Made by a program: the position numbers and the translations under genes | Part shown: piece by piece, positions 1 to 11,640 of the stretch | Numbering within the stretch: position 1 is the first letter of the stretch | Layout of the letters: every line of letters begins with the position of its first letter | NCBI GenBank assembly: GCA_013265495.1 | Contig: MU057632.1 | Span: forward strand, 46,054 to 110,053 | Origin: Vicugna vicugna | Taxonomy: Eukaryota | Length of the DNA stretch: 64,000 nt | Direction: 5' to 3' | The notes under the pieces: model-generated | Databases searched by the model: none | Told to the model about the DNA's origin: nothing | The model's input: the letters and a program-made list of their open reading frames with translations, nothing else

Positions 1-1184
1 ACAGCCCCCAGCTCCACTCCCCCTGCTCGCCGCCCCTCCCACCCCATCACTGCCTCCTCACCCTGAGCCAGGCCTGGTCCTGTCCAGACCCCCAAGAGGA
101 GGTTTTTTCCTTCTCATACCGAGGTCCCCGCCCCAACACCCTACCCCACTAGGTTGTAACCTATGGCCCCTGCACTGCAATATGATCCCTCAAGCCTCAC
201 CCTGAGTCACTCCACCATCCCGAGATGGTCCCCTCATCCCCGGATTGCACCTCAGACGTGTCCCCAGCACTCCGAGCACCCCTCACCCGGGGCCGTCCCC
301 CTGACCTCTTAGCCTGTCTCCCCTCACTGTGATATCTCCCCTCAATCCGAGTGCACCCCTATACTGAGCTGACTGCCTCACCCCTCACCCTCTGGGGGCA
401 GGGCGGTCTGGGCACAAGTCACCATGGCGACAGCTGCCAGACAGGTTTCCTGTGCAGTGTGGGCCCACAGCCTTGTGTCTGAGGCTCCGAGGTGCCATGG
501 GCGGGCTGGAGGTGTTTCCAATTCCCACCCGGGCGCCCTGCCGCCCCCTACCCGTGCCCTATGCCTTCTCTGAGCCAGTGGGTCAGGGTGTCCCTGGATG
601 AGCCTGGCTTGCCAATGGGCCTTGGGTGTGGATGGTGATCTGGACACGGATGGAGAAGGCGCTGGACACTTGGACCTGAGGGGGAAGGGAGTGGGAGGGG
701 GTTGGCAGCCCAAACTGGAGAAGCACAGCAGGCGGTGGGCTGTTTGCATGGCCTGGGTTCTGCCCAGGTGGGTGCAGGGACCATATTCATTCATGCTGAG
801 GAAGAAGGACTGCAGCTTTTAGTGTCCACATTAGGAGCCCAAGGATGGATAGCAAAGCAGACAGCTGGGCTGGCCAGGCCACCTTGGAACCCACTGCAAC
901 TCTGGTCCCTTCCATCAAGAGAAGCCTGACTGTTAATGGGTGAATGAGACATATCCCGACCCCCATCCCCACACCCCCTCACACACCGCCCCACCCCGTG
1001 TAGTTTGCAGGCAACTGAAGGGACTTTGATGGGTAACTTTACCCAGTGAGAATTGTTCCTTTCTCTGCGGGAGATCAGTTCCAGCCACAGTCACAGTGAC
1101 CATGACAGGGCTCCTATAGGAACCCCAGCCTGGAGAGGAGGAGGACCTGCCAGAAACATCCTCTTCTCTCTCACCAAAAGGTAC

Positions 1185-1719
1185 TGTAATAGACAAGAAC
1201 AGATCTGACTGCATATTAGACCTGTTCCTTTTTTCTTTAAGGCTGTGCCATTTTCTAGGCTTAGTCTTCCTAGCTCTGCACCTTTTGTAAAACAGTGTTG
1301 CCCTTAGCCTGAAATAGACAGGAGGGCCTATTCTCAAGGCTCTGACCTTTAAGGATATTAACACTTTTGCACTCCTACAAAGATAACAAGTTGCAGGATT
1401 GAAAATAACACTTGTTTTCTTGGAGGTTTACTGGTACACCATGATCTGACCCACCTGGACGGGTGCAAGAATGAAGAATTCCAGGAACAAAGAATTCCTA
1501 CACCAACAAGTTTGCAACAACCAACCACACTCCCTCCCCTTTTTAGTATCAAAGGAGGCTAATTCTGACTTGGGGAAGATGGTTCTTCAGGACATTAGTC
1601 TGACATCTTCTCGGTCTTCCAGCTTTCCAAATGAAGTCACTATTCTTTGCCCTGACACCTGGTCTCCTGATTTATTGGCCTGTCCTGTGTCATGTAGAAC
1701 AAGTTTGGACTAGGTAACA
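1185..1719 (+). mobile_element. Class I ERV solo LTR
   Basis: TG...CA termini (tgtaatagac...ggtaaca) with imperfect 4-bp TSD gtac/gcac. AT-rich island in a GC-rich block. Same family as the inverted element at 16538-16924. Confidence 0.75.
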
Positions 1720-2676
1720 GCACCTCACACCTTCCCAGTACAAGACGACTTTTATTTCTTATCTCAGAGAAGAGCACAACAAAACAATAGAGATACACCA
1801 TCTCGCCCCTCACCATCTCATCCCCACCCCATTCCCCCCCTATTGCCTCAATCCCCGACTCCCACCATTGCCTGCCATCGCCCACCCCCCACCATCTCAG
1901 CCCCATTGACCCCCGACTCCTCATCCTCACCCCCATCTCCCTGGGGACCCCCACTCCCATCTGGCCCTCCATTCTGTTCCTGCTGATCCCACCACTCACC
2001 TCCCTGCCCATAGGGTCTGTGGGCATCCTTGAAGGCTCACTTGGAGGAGGCACAGATGGGGTCTCAAGGCCCTCAGGTCCTGCTGGGTGACTGTGGGTCC
2101 CAGAGAAGGCCCCAGGGCAGGCGGTTTCCAGAGGCTCAGAGGCTGAGGTGGACAGTGTGATGAGACCCTGGCTGTCCCCATCCACTCCCAGCTGTGGCCA
2201 GTTCTGGGCATGCCGACTCTGAGCTGAGACTGGGCGGAGGAGGGGCTACAGTCAGAAGACCTGAGGTGCTAGAGAGTGGGGTCCTCGGAGCTCTGCGGGC
2301 GACCCAGGTGGCCTGGCTGAGTCACTGATCCAAACCTGGCTGGGGGTGGAGGGGGCCCACCAAGCCCCATGCCCACCCCCTGGAACAGGTGCCCCAAGCC
2401 AGCCCAAACCTCCCTCTTTGGCGTGGGGACTTCCGACAGCACATCTCACTGCTCAGAGGTTCAGAGACGCAGGGTAGGGAGTCCTGCGGCCCTGCCAGAG
2501 TGCAGTGCTGTGGGGGGCCACCCGGGGCAGGTGTCCTTGAGGTCCGGTTGTCCCAGAGTAATTTCAGGACGTGAGAGAGCACCCTCCTGCTGTCCCTGCT
2601 CCCCACCAGATCCCTGACTGTCTGGTCCCCTCTCACTGGGGGCACCTTTAGAAAGGTTTCCTCTCAACAGCAGAAC

Positions 2677-2688
2677 GTGTGTGTGCGT

Positions 2689-2718
<30 letters not shown>
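2677..2718. repeat. (TG)n(CG)n(CA)n compound microsatellite
   Basis: gtgtgtgtgcgtgcgcgcgcacacacac... read directly. Confidence 0.95.
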
Positions 2719-2719
<1 letters not shown>

Positions 2720-5700
2720 CTGCTGCCTATGCACACGCTCCCTCCCTCCCACGCCTCCACATACTCTCACACACACATACAGATGTGCGCCAACTCGCTT
2801 ACACATGTCCCTCAGTCCCGGCCTGTCCCAGCCAGGGGCCCCACAGCCCTGCTCCTGGCTGCTGCATCAGCCTCCTCCCCGGAGCTCAGCCTGGGCTGCA
2901 GGTCCGGCTTGGCCTGTCTCTGCCTAGCCCAGCCCAGCACTTGAGACACAGCTGGTGGTGTCCCTGAGCTCTGCCCAGCCCACACTCTCTCTGTCAATCT
3001 CTCTCACCCTAGCTGTTCCAGGGAGAGGGAAGAGGGCACCCCACAGGTGTTGGGGAGGCCCAGGTCAGGAGCCTTGGTGCCTCTGGGTACTAGGGACTGG
3101 GGCCTTCCATTCCTCTCTTGGGTCGGGCAGTCCTGATGCAGCCACTGGTGCAGATGGGGCAGTTACAGGGGCGGCAGGAGCCAGGAGACCTGGGCTCCAT
3201 GAAGCACGTCCAGACTACATGCCCCCTTACTCCACCCTCATCCCCGCTCTGAGGTGTAGGAGCTCTGTGGTCTCCACCTGGCCAGGCCTGCCCCAGCTTC
3301 CCTGGGGCCTCAGTGCTGTCTGCCAGGCCACCAGGCCCCTTCCTGGTCACCTCTTCTGATCTTGCCACCATCCCCACACCCTCTCCGTGTGACCTTGGAC
3401 TGGTGACCTTGGATGAGGCCCTCTTCCTGGGACAGATCCATGCCTGGGGTGTGGCATCACTCATAGGCCAGGAGCTGGGCAGGCATGGAAGCTGTCTCCC
3501 TCTCGGGGCTCAGTGGCTTGATCTGGGAGCAGGGACACATGGAGAGGAGAGGGCACTGATTTGTGTCACACCCAGAATTTCAGAAGCCTCCCATTCTCAT
3601 GAGAGTGCCCTGCTCCCCTGGGACACCCCAGCAGATGGGACAGACGCTCTCACAGTCCCCACCTGGGGCTCTCCCAAGAGCGTGGTTGTGTGCAGACAGG
3701 TGCACATGTGCAAGGATGTGTGTGCATGCACAGGATGCCATGGGAGCTTGGAGGAGGAGGGCACGTCTGCTCTTGGGAGGCTCAGATTTCTAGGGCAGCC
3801 CCGTGTCCTGAAGGATAGGTGGGTGTTTGCTGGGCAGAGGGCAGGGCAGCCCAGGACTTGCCATGGCAAAAACCTGAGCACAGGGGTGTCCTCAAGGCCT
3901 GCAGGTATTTAGGGTGACAGACCCTGAGCAAACAGAGGTGTGAGGAGGGTGAGGGTATGCACGGGGTGGCCTGGAGCAGAGCCAGCACAGGACGAGGCCC
4001 CTCCCTACACCCTCCAGCAGCTGGCCTTCCGGGGTCCTTTCTCTCTCCTCCTGGGTAGCTCCGCTGACTTCCAGCCCTGCGGGCCCCTGTGCCCAGGCGG
4101 GCAGGCAGGGGAAGGAGGCCTCCCTGGGGGCTGGGCCGGGCAGGCATGGTGGGCGTGGTGGGCTTCTTGAGAGGCCCAGCCCTGCTGGCAACCCGACCCC
4201 ACCAGGTGCCCCCTCCCTGCCCAGTGGGGACACCTCTCTGGTCTGCCCCCACCTCTCTGCAGTGAGTGGAGTATGGCCAGGGACCTCCTTAGGGCAGACC
4301 TGGGGTGCCCCACAGTCAGCTGGGGGATTGGGGGCCTGGTTGGCTGGCACAGGCTGGGAGTGGGGGCAGATGGTGGCTGTGGGGCCGGGGGGAAGGCTGA
4401 TCTACCACCCCACCTGGCTCTGTGCTCATGAAGGGAGGCCTGCCTGGGCCCCCCTGCCCTTTCTCACCACCCCAAGCCCCTTAGATGGCGCAGACAGGTT
4501 GCCTTGGGCCTGTGATGGGGTCTCCCACCAGGGCTGTCTCTGATTTCAGGTGATGAGCTGCCTCACCTGCTATGGCCCAGGGGGTATATGTGGGGGCCCA
4601 TGGGGCATCCCAAGTAGGGAGGACAGGCTGCAGTGGGCAGGGTGGTCAGGGGCCCCTGGGAAGCCTCTCCTGCTGGCTCTCCCAGCTCTGTGCGCCCACC
4701 AGCCCCCCCGGGCCACCCTCAGTGCCGTGGGTGCCCACCTGCCCCTTCCTCCCTCCCCAGTGCAGCCTTCCCCAGACACACAGGCGGGCACTGTTCAGAG
4801 GGCCGGCAGGACAATAGAGTGCCTTTTGTGGCTGGGGTCTAGAAATGCCTTTGGCGGCCTGGGGTGGGTGGGGAGGGGAAGGAGGAAGGGCCTGGGTCTT
4901 GTCTGTGTGCTAGGCAAGGCTCGGGGAGGGTCCGGCAGGCTGAGGTGAGGCTGGAAATTCCTGGAGTCCCAGAGACCAGCGTCCAGCCCATGCCCTTGTT
5001 GTAGGCAGGGAAACCAAGGCGCCGGGGCTTGTGATCGCAGGCAGGGGATATGGGCAGATCACTCTTTTTTGGATACATCTGGGATGGTGGTAGGAGGTGG
5101 GTGTGGCGTCCCCCTGCTGATGGGGACCTTGCCGGCCATGCCAGCCAATACGGAGCCTGCCCCGTGGGAGTCCCAGAGATTGGAGACCTGTCCTGGTGTG
5201 TGGTCAGTAAACTAGTCATTGTCTCCCTCCCTCGTCGCTTTGGCTCCAGCTACTTGTCCCCGCCTGGCATGGCTATCTCTCTGAGGTCCCCCACCCCTCA
5301 CCCCAAGGACAACCTGCAGGCTCTGGGAGGCCATGTGGCAGGCTAGGGGCAGAAGCTGAGATGCGGGTTGTACACCTGGAGAGCCTCCCGGAAGCAGGGC
5401 ATTTGGTCCTGAGAATGTGATGGGAGAGGCAGGGACCTGGGTGTGGGGGCTTGTGTGCTCATTGGCCACTGTCCTTGGGAAACCAAGAGGGACAGTGAGT
5501 GATGGGCACTGCAGTGACCCAGACTGGTGTATGGGAAACCAAGAGCCAGACAGGGGGCCCTGTGGCTTGGGGGAGACAGTCACCCAGTGAGCACCACTGG
5601 AGAGGAGTGCCCAGTGATCACGCTGAGCCGCAGCCCTGGGTCAGCCCTGGGAGCTTCTTCCACCCCTCACCTTTGGTCAGCAGGATGGCAGAGTTTGACC

Positions 5701-7774
5701 CCAGCAGCGGCCTTGTATGCTCGGTGTGGCTGAGGGGAGAGGGGGAGCCAGCTCGGGGGAGCCCAGCCCAGAGGGAGCCACAATTCAGATGCCCAAGCTG
5801 GAAGCCCAGTAATCTCCGTGACCCTGTCTCTCCTCTGACCCTCTCCTGGCCCAGACACCACACAGGCCTCCTTCCAGCTCCCACTGCCTGCACCTGCCTT
5901 CTCCGAGTCAGAGGGATCCCACCAGTGAAGACCAGGTCCTGCCCCCTCATTCTAGGGTCCTGCCCGAGGTGGCAGGTGGGAGCTCCCCCACACTCCCTCA
6001 CCCCATCCAAGCTCTGATCGCCCAGGCCTGGGATGGACTCAACTTGTCAACCTCCACCATCACTGTGTGGCCCGGGGCCCAACACAGGTGTACCCTGGCC
6101 CAAGCCTTGGAGGGGCCTCTGAGGCAGTTATCCAAGGCCTTGTTGCAGCATTTCAGGCAGGCAGTTAATGGGGATGGAGAGGCTTAGGCTCTGGAAAGCA
6201 TCTGTGGGTCTGTTTGGGGTGGGACAGAGGGTACAGCATGGCAGGTGGAGGGTGTCTGACCACTGGCAGGCACAGGCACTGTCCCTGCTGGCAGCCTGGA
6301 CCTCCTGCCCAGCTCTGCCCCGAGATGGCCCACCAGGGGTTTTGGGAAGTGTGGGAAAACCGAGGCTTGGAGGCAAAAGGAAATTCCCAAGGTTCACGTG
6401 GAGGCAAGTCCAGGATGGACGGTGCTGGCTTCCTGAGCCCAGGACAGCTCTGCTGCGTCCCTGCTCACCCAGGCTGGGAGCTGCCCTCCTCCCCCAGGTT
6501 TAAGCAGACAGCACACAGCCAGCACACAGCCAGTACCCTCTCCTGGAGCAGGGCAGGTCACCCCAGGGTCATGAGATTGGGGTCAATCTGGGGAGGTACG
6601 GTATGGGTACTCCTGCCTCCTTACTGTTTCCTCACATTAAATTCTGGGAGGGCAACAGTGCTGGCCTGGCCAAGGTGGGAGGCAGGGGTCAGTCTAGGCT
6701 GAAGCCTAGACCCAGTGGCTCCAGGAGACTCCTGGGGAGTGGGGAGAGGGCAGAAAAACTTCGTGGCAGGAGCACAGATGGGACCCTGAAGGGTGCACCT
6801 GAGGGGCTATTTGACAGGCAGCAGAGCAGGTGGGGGCAGAGAGGAGGCAGTTGGATGTCAAAGTCACAGCCAGAGACAGGGGTCTGATCCCACTGTCATC
6901 CCCCAAAGAATAGGTCACTCCTGCTGTGAGGGGGCAGAGGTGGGAGAGATCTCTGTACCCACATGGCCTGAGGCGCAGAGGACGGGGGCTTCAGGGAGGC
7001 TGGGGGATGGCTGCAATGACCTTTCTCCTCCAATTCCCTGTCCTCCTTCCCCTCTCGCTGGGTTTGTAGATCCTTCCCTGAAAGATGGGCTAGGGGAAGG
7101 GGTAAAGTCACAGAGGCCCGGAGGAGAAATGACCCCTATGGCTATCACAGGGCTTGCAGGCAGGCCCAGAGCCTGGGGGACCATGCCAGGCTGTCCATCC
7201 AGATGGGCACAGCCGAGGCCCCTGTGGCCTGCAGCCCTGGCCAGGGCTGCCCACTGCTCCCTCCCAGGCCTAGGTGGGAGAGGACGTGCCCGGGCCCCTG
7301 GCTCCCTGTCCATGCAGGTGGACACACTGGCAGGTGGCAAACAGACAGTACATAGAGCAGGTGCCTGAGAGCAGGGCCAGGGCCTGTGTCAGGGCCCCAA
7401 GCCTGGGGTGGGCACTGACTCCAGCGTGCCCGAGTCCTATCCTCCCCAGGCGCCTTATGGTCCCCTCTTCTGTTTTCTCCTCCAGCTGCTGCTGGCAGCC
7501 CCAGGCCAGCATCAAGGGATCGGATGTTAGGAGTCACCCCTGCTCCCTTGGTCGCCGGAATCCCCCTCCTCCAAACTGCGTACACCTCTGGGGATTAAAG
7601 CCCTGGGAGCACCAGTCTGGGGGGTTTAAACTTCTCTGCGTCAGCTGTGCCCTCTGCAGGGAGGTGAACGCTCTTGAAAGGCCTTGTAGCAAGAGATGCT
7701 TGTGGCTCACAAAGTGTACTTTTTTTTTTAAGTCAGCTGAAATTGTACTTCTTTGTATACACACACAAACACAG

Positions 7775-7806
7775 ATATCTATATCTATATCCATATCTAT
7801 ATCTAT
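7775..7806. repeat. (ATATCT)n hexanucleotide repeat
   Basis: atatctatatctatatccatatctatatctat read directly. Confidence 0.9.
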
Positions 7807-7835
7807 GACTATATTTGCTGCTGGTTCAGACTTTT

Positions 7836-10800
7836 TTTGAGAATCATCATTGGAGCTTTATTGCAGACCAAGGGGTCTGTCAGGAGCACCCCCACAAGGG
7901 GAAAGTCCCTGTCACAAAGACAGAACCTAGGTGCTCAGGGCCGCATATGGGTACAGGTGCCTTGACCCCAACTAGAGAGGAAATTGCAACAGCGCCATGA
8001 TTGCCAGTTTCCGCAAGGAAGGTTGGCATGAGAATACTAGAGAAATGGTAGTCTATGAATCCAGGACCTGGGGTCCTGGTTCAATCACAGGGAAGGTAAG
8101 GGCCTCAACAAGGGGGATGAGTTGGAGCCAGGCCTTAAGGCTTCTAGCAGGGCAGGAAGAACCTTCAGGCCACTGCAGCGCGGGTCAGCAAGAGGACTCT
8201 AAGGCCCTCAGGGCACTAGGGTGCTCCTGGACAGAGAGGCATGACGGCTGGATCCTGGGATTCACACGAGTTAGGAAAGGGAACTCCCTACACTGGAACT
8301 GGTATAACCGAGGGGGTTCTAACGAGATAATCTTGGAAAGTTTCCTCTTAAGCTCAAAAGAAAGCACAATATGGCAGAGGACAGAGAAACTAGTACAGGG
8401 TGTCTGGAGGTAGAGGGTGAAGGGCTCATCCATCTTGGCTGAGGACTCAGGTTGGGCTCCAGGTCCTATAAGTTGCAAAGCCGCTCTCCCTGGCCCCTGG
8501 ACAAACTCTGGGAGGGAGATTCACTCACCAGGACATAGCCCTAGTGCTGCTGCCACTTGAGGATTCCTGCAGGTGGCCCCAGCTTCAGGAGTCCCACCCT
8601 CCACTGGGAGCCTGATCCTGGCCTGGCTTACAGATGTCTGAGTCGGGCAAGTGGGGCTCTGACGAGTACACCTTCCCTGGGGGCAGAGGCTGGTACAGTG
8701 GGCACACACCCAGAGGAGTTGAAGGTGGAAGACAGAAACCACATGGCGAGAGGCAGTGGCCCGGAATGGGGCCCAGCGACCTTGCAGAAGTTCAGCCAGG
8801 TGGCTGTGGGGCCAGGGAGCACTGATCGTGGTATCGGAGGGAAAAACTCAGGACCCGCACATCAGTAGACCAGAAACAACAGGAAACATTGCGGGATCTG
8901 GAAACCCTTTTCTCTAGCTGGTTAAAGTAGACTCAGGCTCCTGGAAGAAGTCCTAGTTGGGGAGGCAAGTGTGGGTCCTCAATATATACGTCCAAATGCA
9001 GAGGGAATTCACAGTCAGCAGTCTCCAGAGCTACGGTGAGCCTCACGCACCGCTTCACGGCCCCAGTGCTCCCGGGCTTCATCCAGAGATGTGACAAACT
9101 CTCAGCTGAGAAGGACACTAAGGAATCCGTGGAGTTGCCCCTGAGCAGGTCAGTCAGTGAGGATTCAGGCAGTGCCCTGTTAGTACCCAGCACCTCTGGG
9201 ATGTCCCGGGAGCTCTCCAGTTCCAGGGCCCACTCATCCCGGACAGTGAGGCAGGACGCACAGCCAGCCAGCTCCAGAGGATGCTGCGATCTGCAGGATG
9301 AACTGCCCTTCTCCAACAGCATTGGTGTGAGGAGGGCCAGGAGCCATGAGTCAGTACACTTGCCCTGGATGCAAGAACTCAAACCAGCGGACTGAGGAGC
9401 CAAGGAAGATGAGGAGAACCTTCTGATTCATGTTTTCATCTTCCATGGGCTCCAGTGGGCCCCATCCAGGTCCCTCCTTCCTCTGAGTGCCCCTAAGCCA
9501 GTTCCCTGATACATGGAACCTGAGGGCAGGCTTGGGCACCTCCGAACTGGCTCTTAGGGGGACACGAAACTTCCTCCTCATCAGTGCCTTCTGCGGGACA
9601 GCAAGAACAGCCGGCTCTGTCCTCCGTGGGGACCCTGTGGGAGGGAGGGCTCTGTCTGAGGGGGAGTTGAGGAGCTGGCTGAGCGAAGGAAAGGTCTGGG
9701 CACAGACAGGATCAGAAAGAACTGGACATAGACTCTGGCCTGCTGCTTCTGGATGAAGCCTGTGATGCTCAGCTCCTTCCAGGAAGGGAAGTTGCTTCTG
9801 ACAATACTTTCTATGACCAACTGGAACCTCTCTGCCTGCACCAGGCAGCCTAGGAGCCCGGGGTTGGTGAGGGGTTGCGAGGGGTTGTGAGGGGTTGGCC
9901 AGGAGTAGGAACCACTTTGGTCCCAAAGTTTCAGATGTTTACAAGAAGAAGGCACAAGAACCCCAAGTAGAATCGGGGCTGGGTGGAAGGCAGAGGGCAG
10001 CAGAGCCACGACCAGGCCGGGTGCTGATGGAGTTGGCAACTGGGCAGGCGAGAAGCCTCTGGGAGGGGCAGAAGGGTCTTAAGGTCAAAGGAGGCCCAGG
10101 CCCTACACCTCCCTTCCTCTTTCAGGGCAGCCAGAGTAGGGAAAGAGCTGGGGGTCTGCAGCCGAGCATAGTTCTGGAGTGGACAGTGATGAGGCTCTTC
10201 AAGGGTCTCATTCTGTGGATTCCGACCAGGGCAGCAGGGTGGAAAGAGGACCTCACAGGTAGCGGCCAGGATTTGTAGTCCCAGGCCAGGGCTGCCAGGA
10301 GAGGAATGCTGCAGGACCTGGTGGTGTCTCAGCATGTGGGGACACAGCTTGTTGGCCAGCCCCTCCAGGGGCCTGGTGGCCCACGGGTAGAGGGGAATCC
10401 TAACTGATGTGCCCACACCAGCAGCTCATACAGGGTGGCCCCCGGGCTTGGTGGGAAGACTGAGTCTCCGGCATCTGGTAAGAGAAGTCCCGAAGTCAAA
10501 CGGCGCCACGGAGGCAGGAGGCCAGCACAGGCCTTCGTGTCCCTCTGCCCGCTGACTGCAGGAGGTGAGCATCTGGAGCTGCGGACAGACTGCTGGTCCC
10601 ACTGCTCGCCTGCAGCCATGGAGATGCTGGCGGGCGAGGCAGAGCCCGAGCTGCCCATCCGACTCCTCGAGGCCCGCAGGCCGACTCAGCACGTCAGTGA
10701 TTGTTCCCGTGTACGGTAAGTGTCTGGAGTCCCGGACGAGACCCTCTGGACCCTTCTTGTCTTGGGGGTTGTTGGGCTTGGAGAGTTGGGGGGGGTCAGC

Positions 10801-11640
10801 CTCTAAGAGGGGCCCATCCAGCTCCAGTTCCAGCTTGCGCACACATTCTGGTTTCAGTGGCAACAGCTGGGAGGAGGGACTGGGCATCCAAACCCGGTAA
10901 CGGTGACCACGGAGCTTGGACCATGGAGCAGCTCTGTCAGCACATAGGCCCTACCAGGCCAAAGGGCTCAGTGCCACACCAGCTGGGCGGGAACCTGCGC
11001 AATGACAGGCACATGGCTGCCAGCTGGGAATGAGCCACGAAGAGACAGGATGAAGTAGGCTTTTTTTTGACTTTTCGCCAGAGCGCTCAATCGAACCAGC
11101 ATCCCAGCAAGGTTTGCTGCACTTGCTTCTCACAGCCCAGGGTACCAGCGTTAGCTCTTATGCAGAGGCTTCCGTTCCTGCACTCGTGTTCCAAGCCCCC
11201 TGATAGGTCTGTTAGTGCCCCTAAGAGTAACAGCTGCTCCCAGCCCAGGGGGACCCCACGTGGTCCAGCCTCCTGGGCCCAATTCTGGTATGCAGTCCTG
11301 CTCCAGGACAAGGGACTGCAGCACAGGAGACGCTGCTGGGTCCTGAGGTCCTTCACTGAGACAAAGCCATAGCTGAGAGGTAGTGTAAAACCCTGGTGCC
11401 TTCCCTGGGACGAGCAGACAGTCTTCACACAGTCAATTACCAACTCAGTCAACTGGACATCACGCTCCTTGCCAGGTGGACATAGAGTCTCTTGGATGAA
11501 AGCCTGGGCAGCCTCCAGCCAGGCTTGTTCCTGAGGAAAGTGAAGCCAGTTCAAACACCTTCCTGATCATCAGAAGCAGGAGCCTCAGCCCGGGAGGCAG
11601 CCCTGACGTGCCCAAGCCTCCGCCCCTGGAAAGCACACAG
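7836..11640 (-). pseudogene. CTC1: Processed pseudogene (retrocopy) of CST complex subunit CTC1; coding remnant ~8185-11530
   Basis: Consecutive minus-strand ORF pieces match CTC1 from [18 protein letters not shown] through [37 protein letters not shown] and [12 protein letters not shown] to the C-terminus LESSC*. No introns; many frameshifts and stops. AATAAA at 7857-7862, poly(A) remnant at 7832-7838, TSD gctggt(t/a)cagactttt at 7820-7835 and 11641-11656. Confidence 0.96.
7857..7862 (-). terminator. Polyadenylation signal AATAAA carried in the CTC1 retrocopy 3' UTR
   Basis: tttatt on the plus strand, ~19 nt from the T-run marking the poly(A) tail. Confidence 0.85.

Noticed and set aside
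378..7840. Numerous 60-200 aa ORFs in the GC-rich block as single-exon genes
   Set aside because: They overlap in all frames, often start at GTG/TTG, are Pro/Gly/Ala-rich and show no recognisable domain, as expected by chance at this GC content.
9861..9900. GGGTTG units as interstitial telomeric repeats
   Set aside because: They are not TTAGGG arrays; they derive from CTC1 coding sequence plus a 10-bp duplication.
8185..11554. ORFs 11087-11554, 10426-10887, 9931-10416 and others as separate genes or a functional CTC1
   Set aside because: They are consecutive out-of-frame pieces of one intronless retrocopy.
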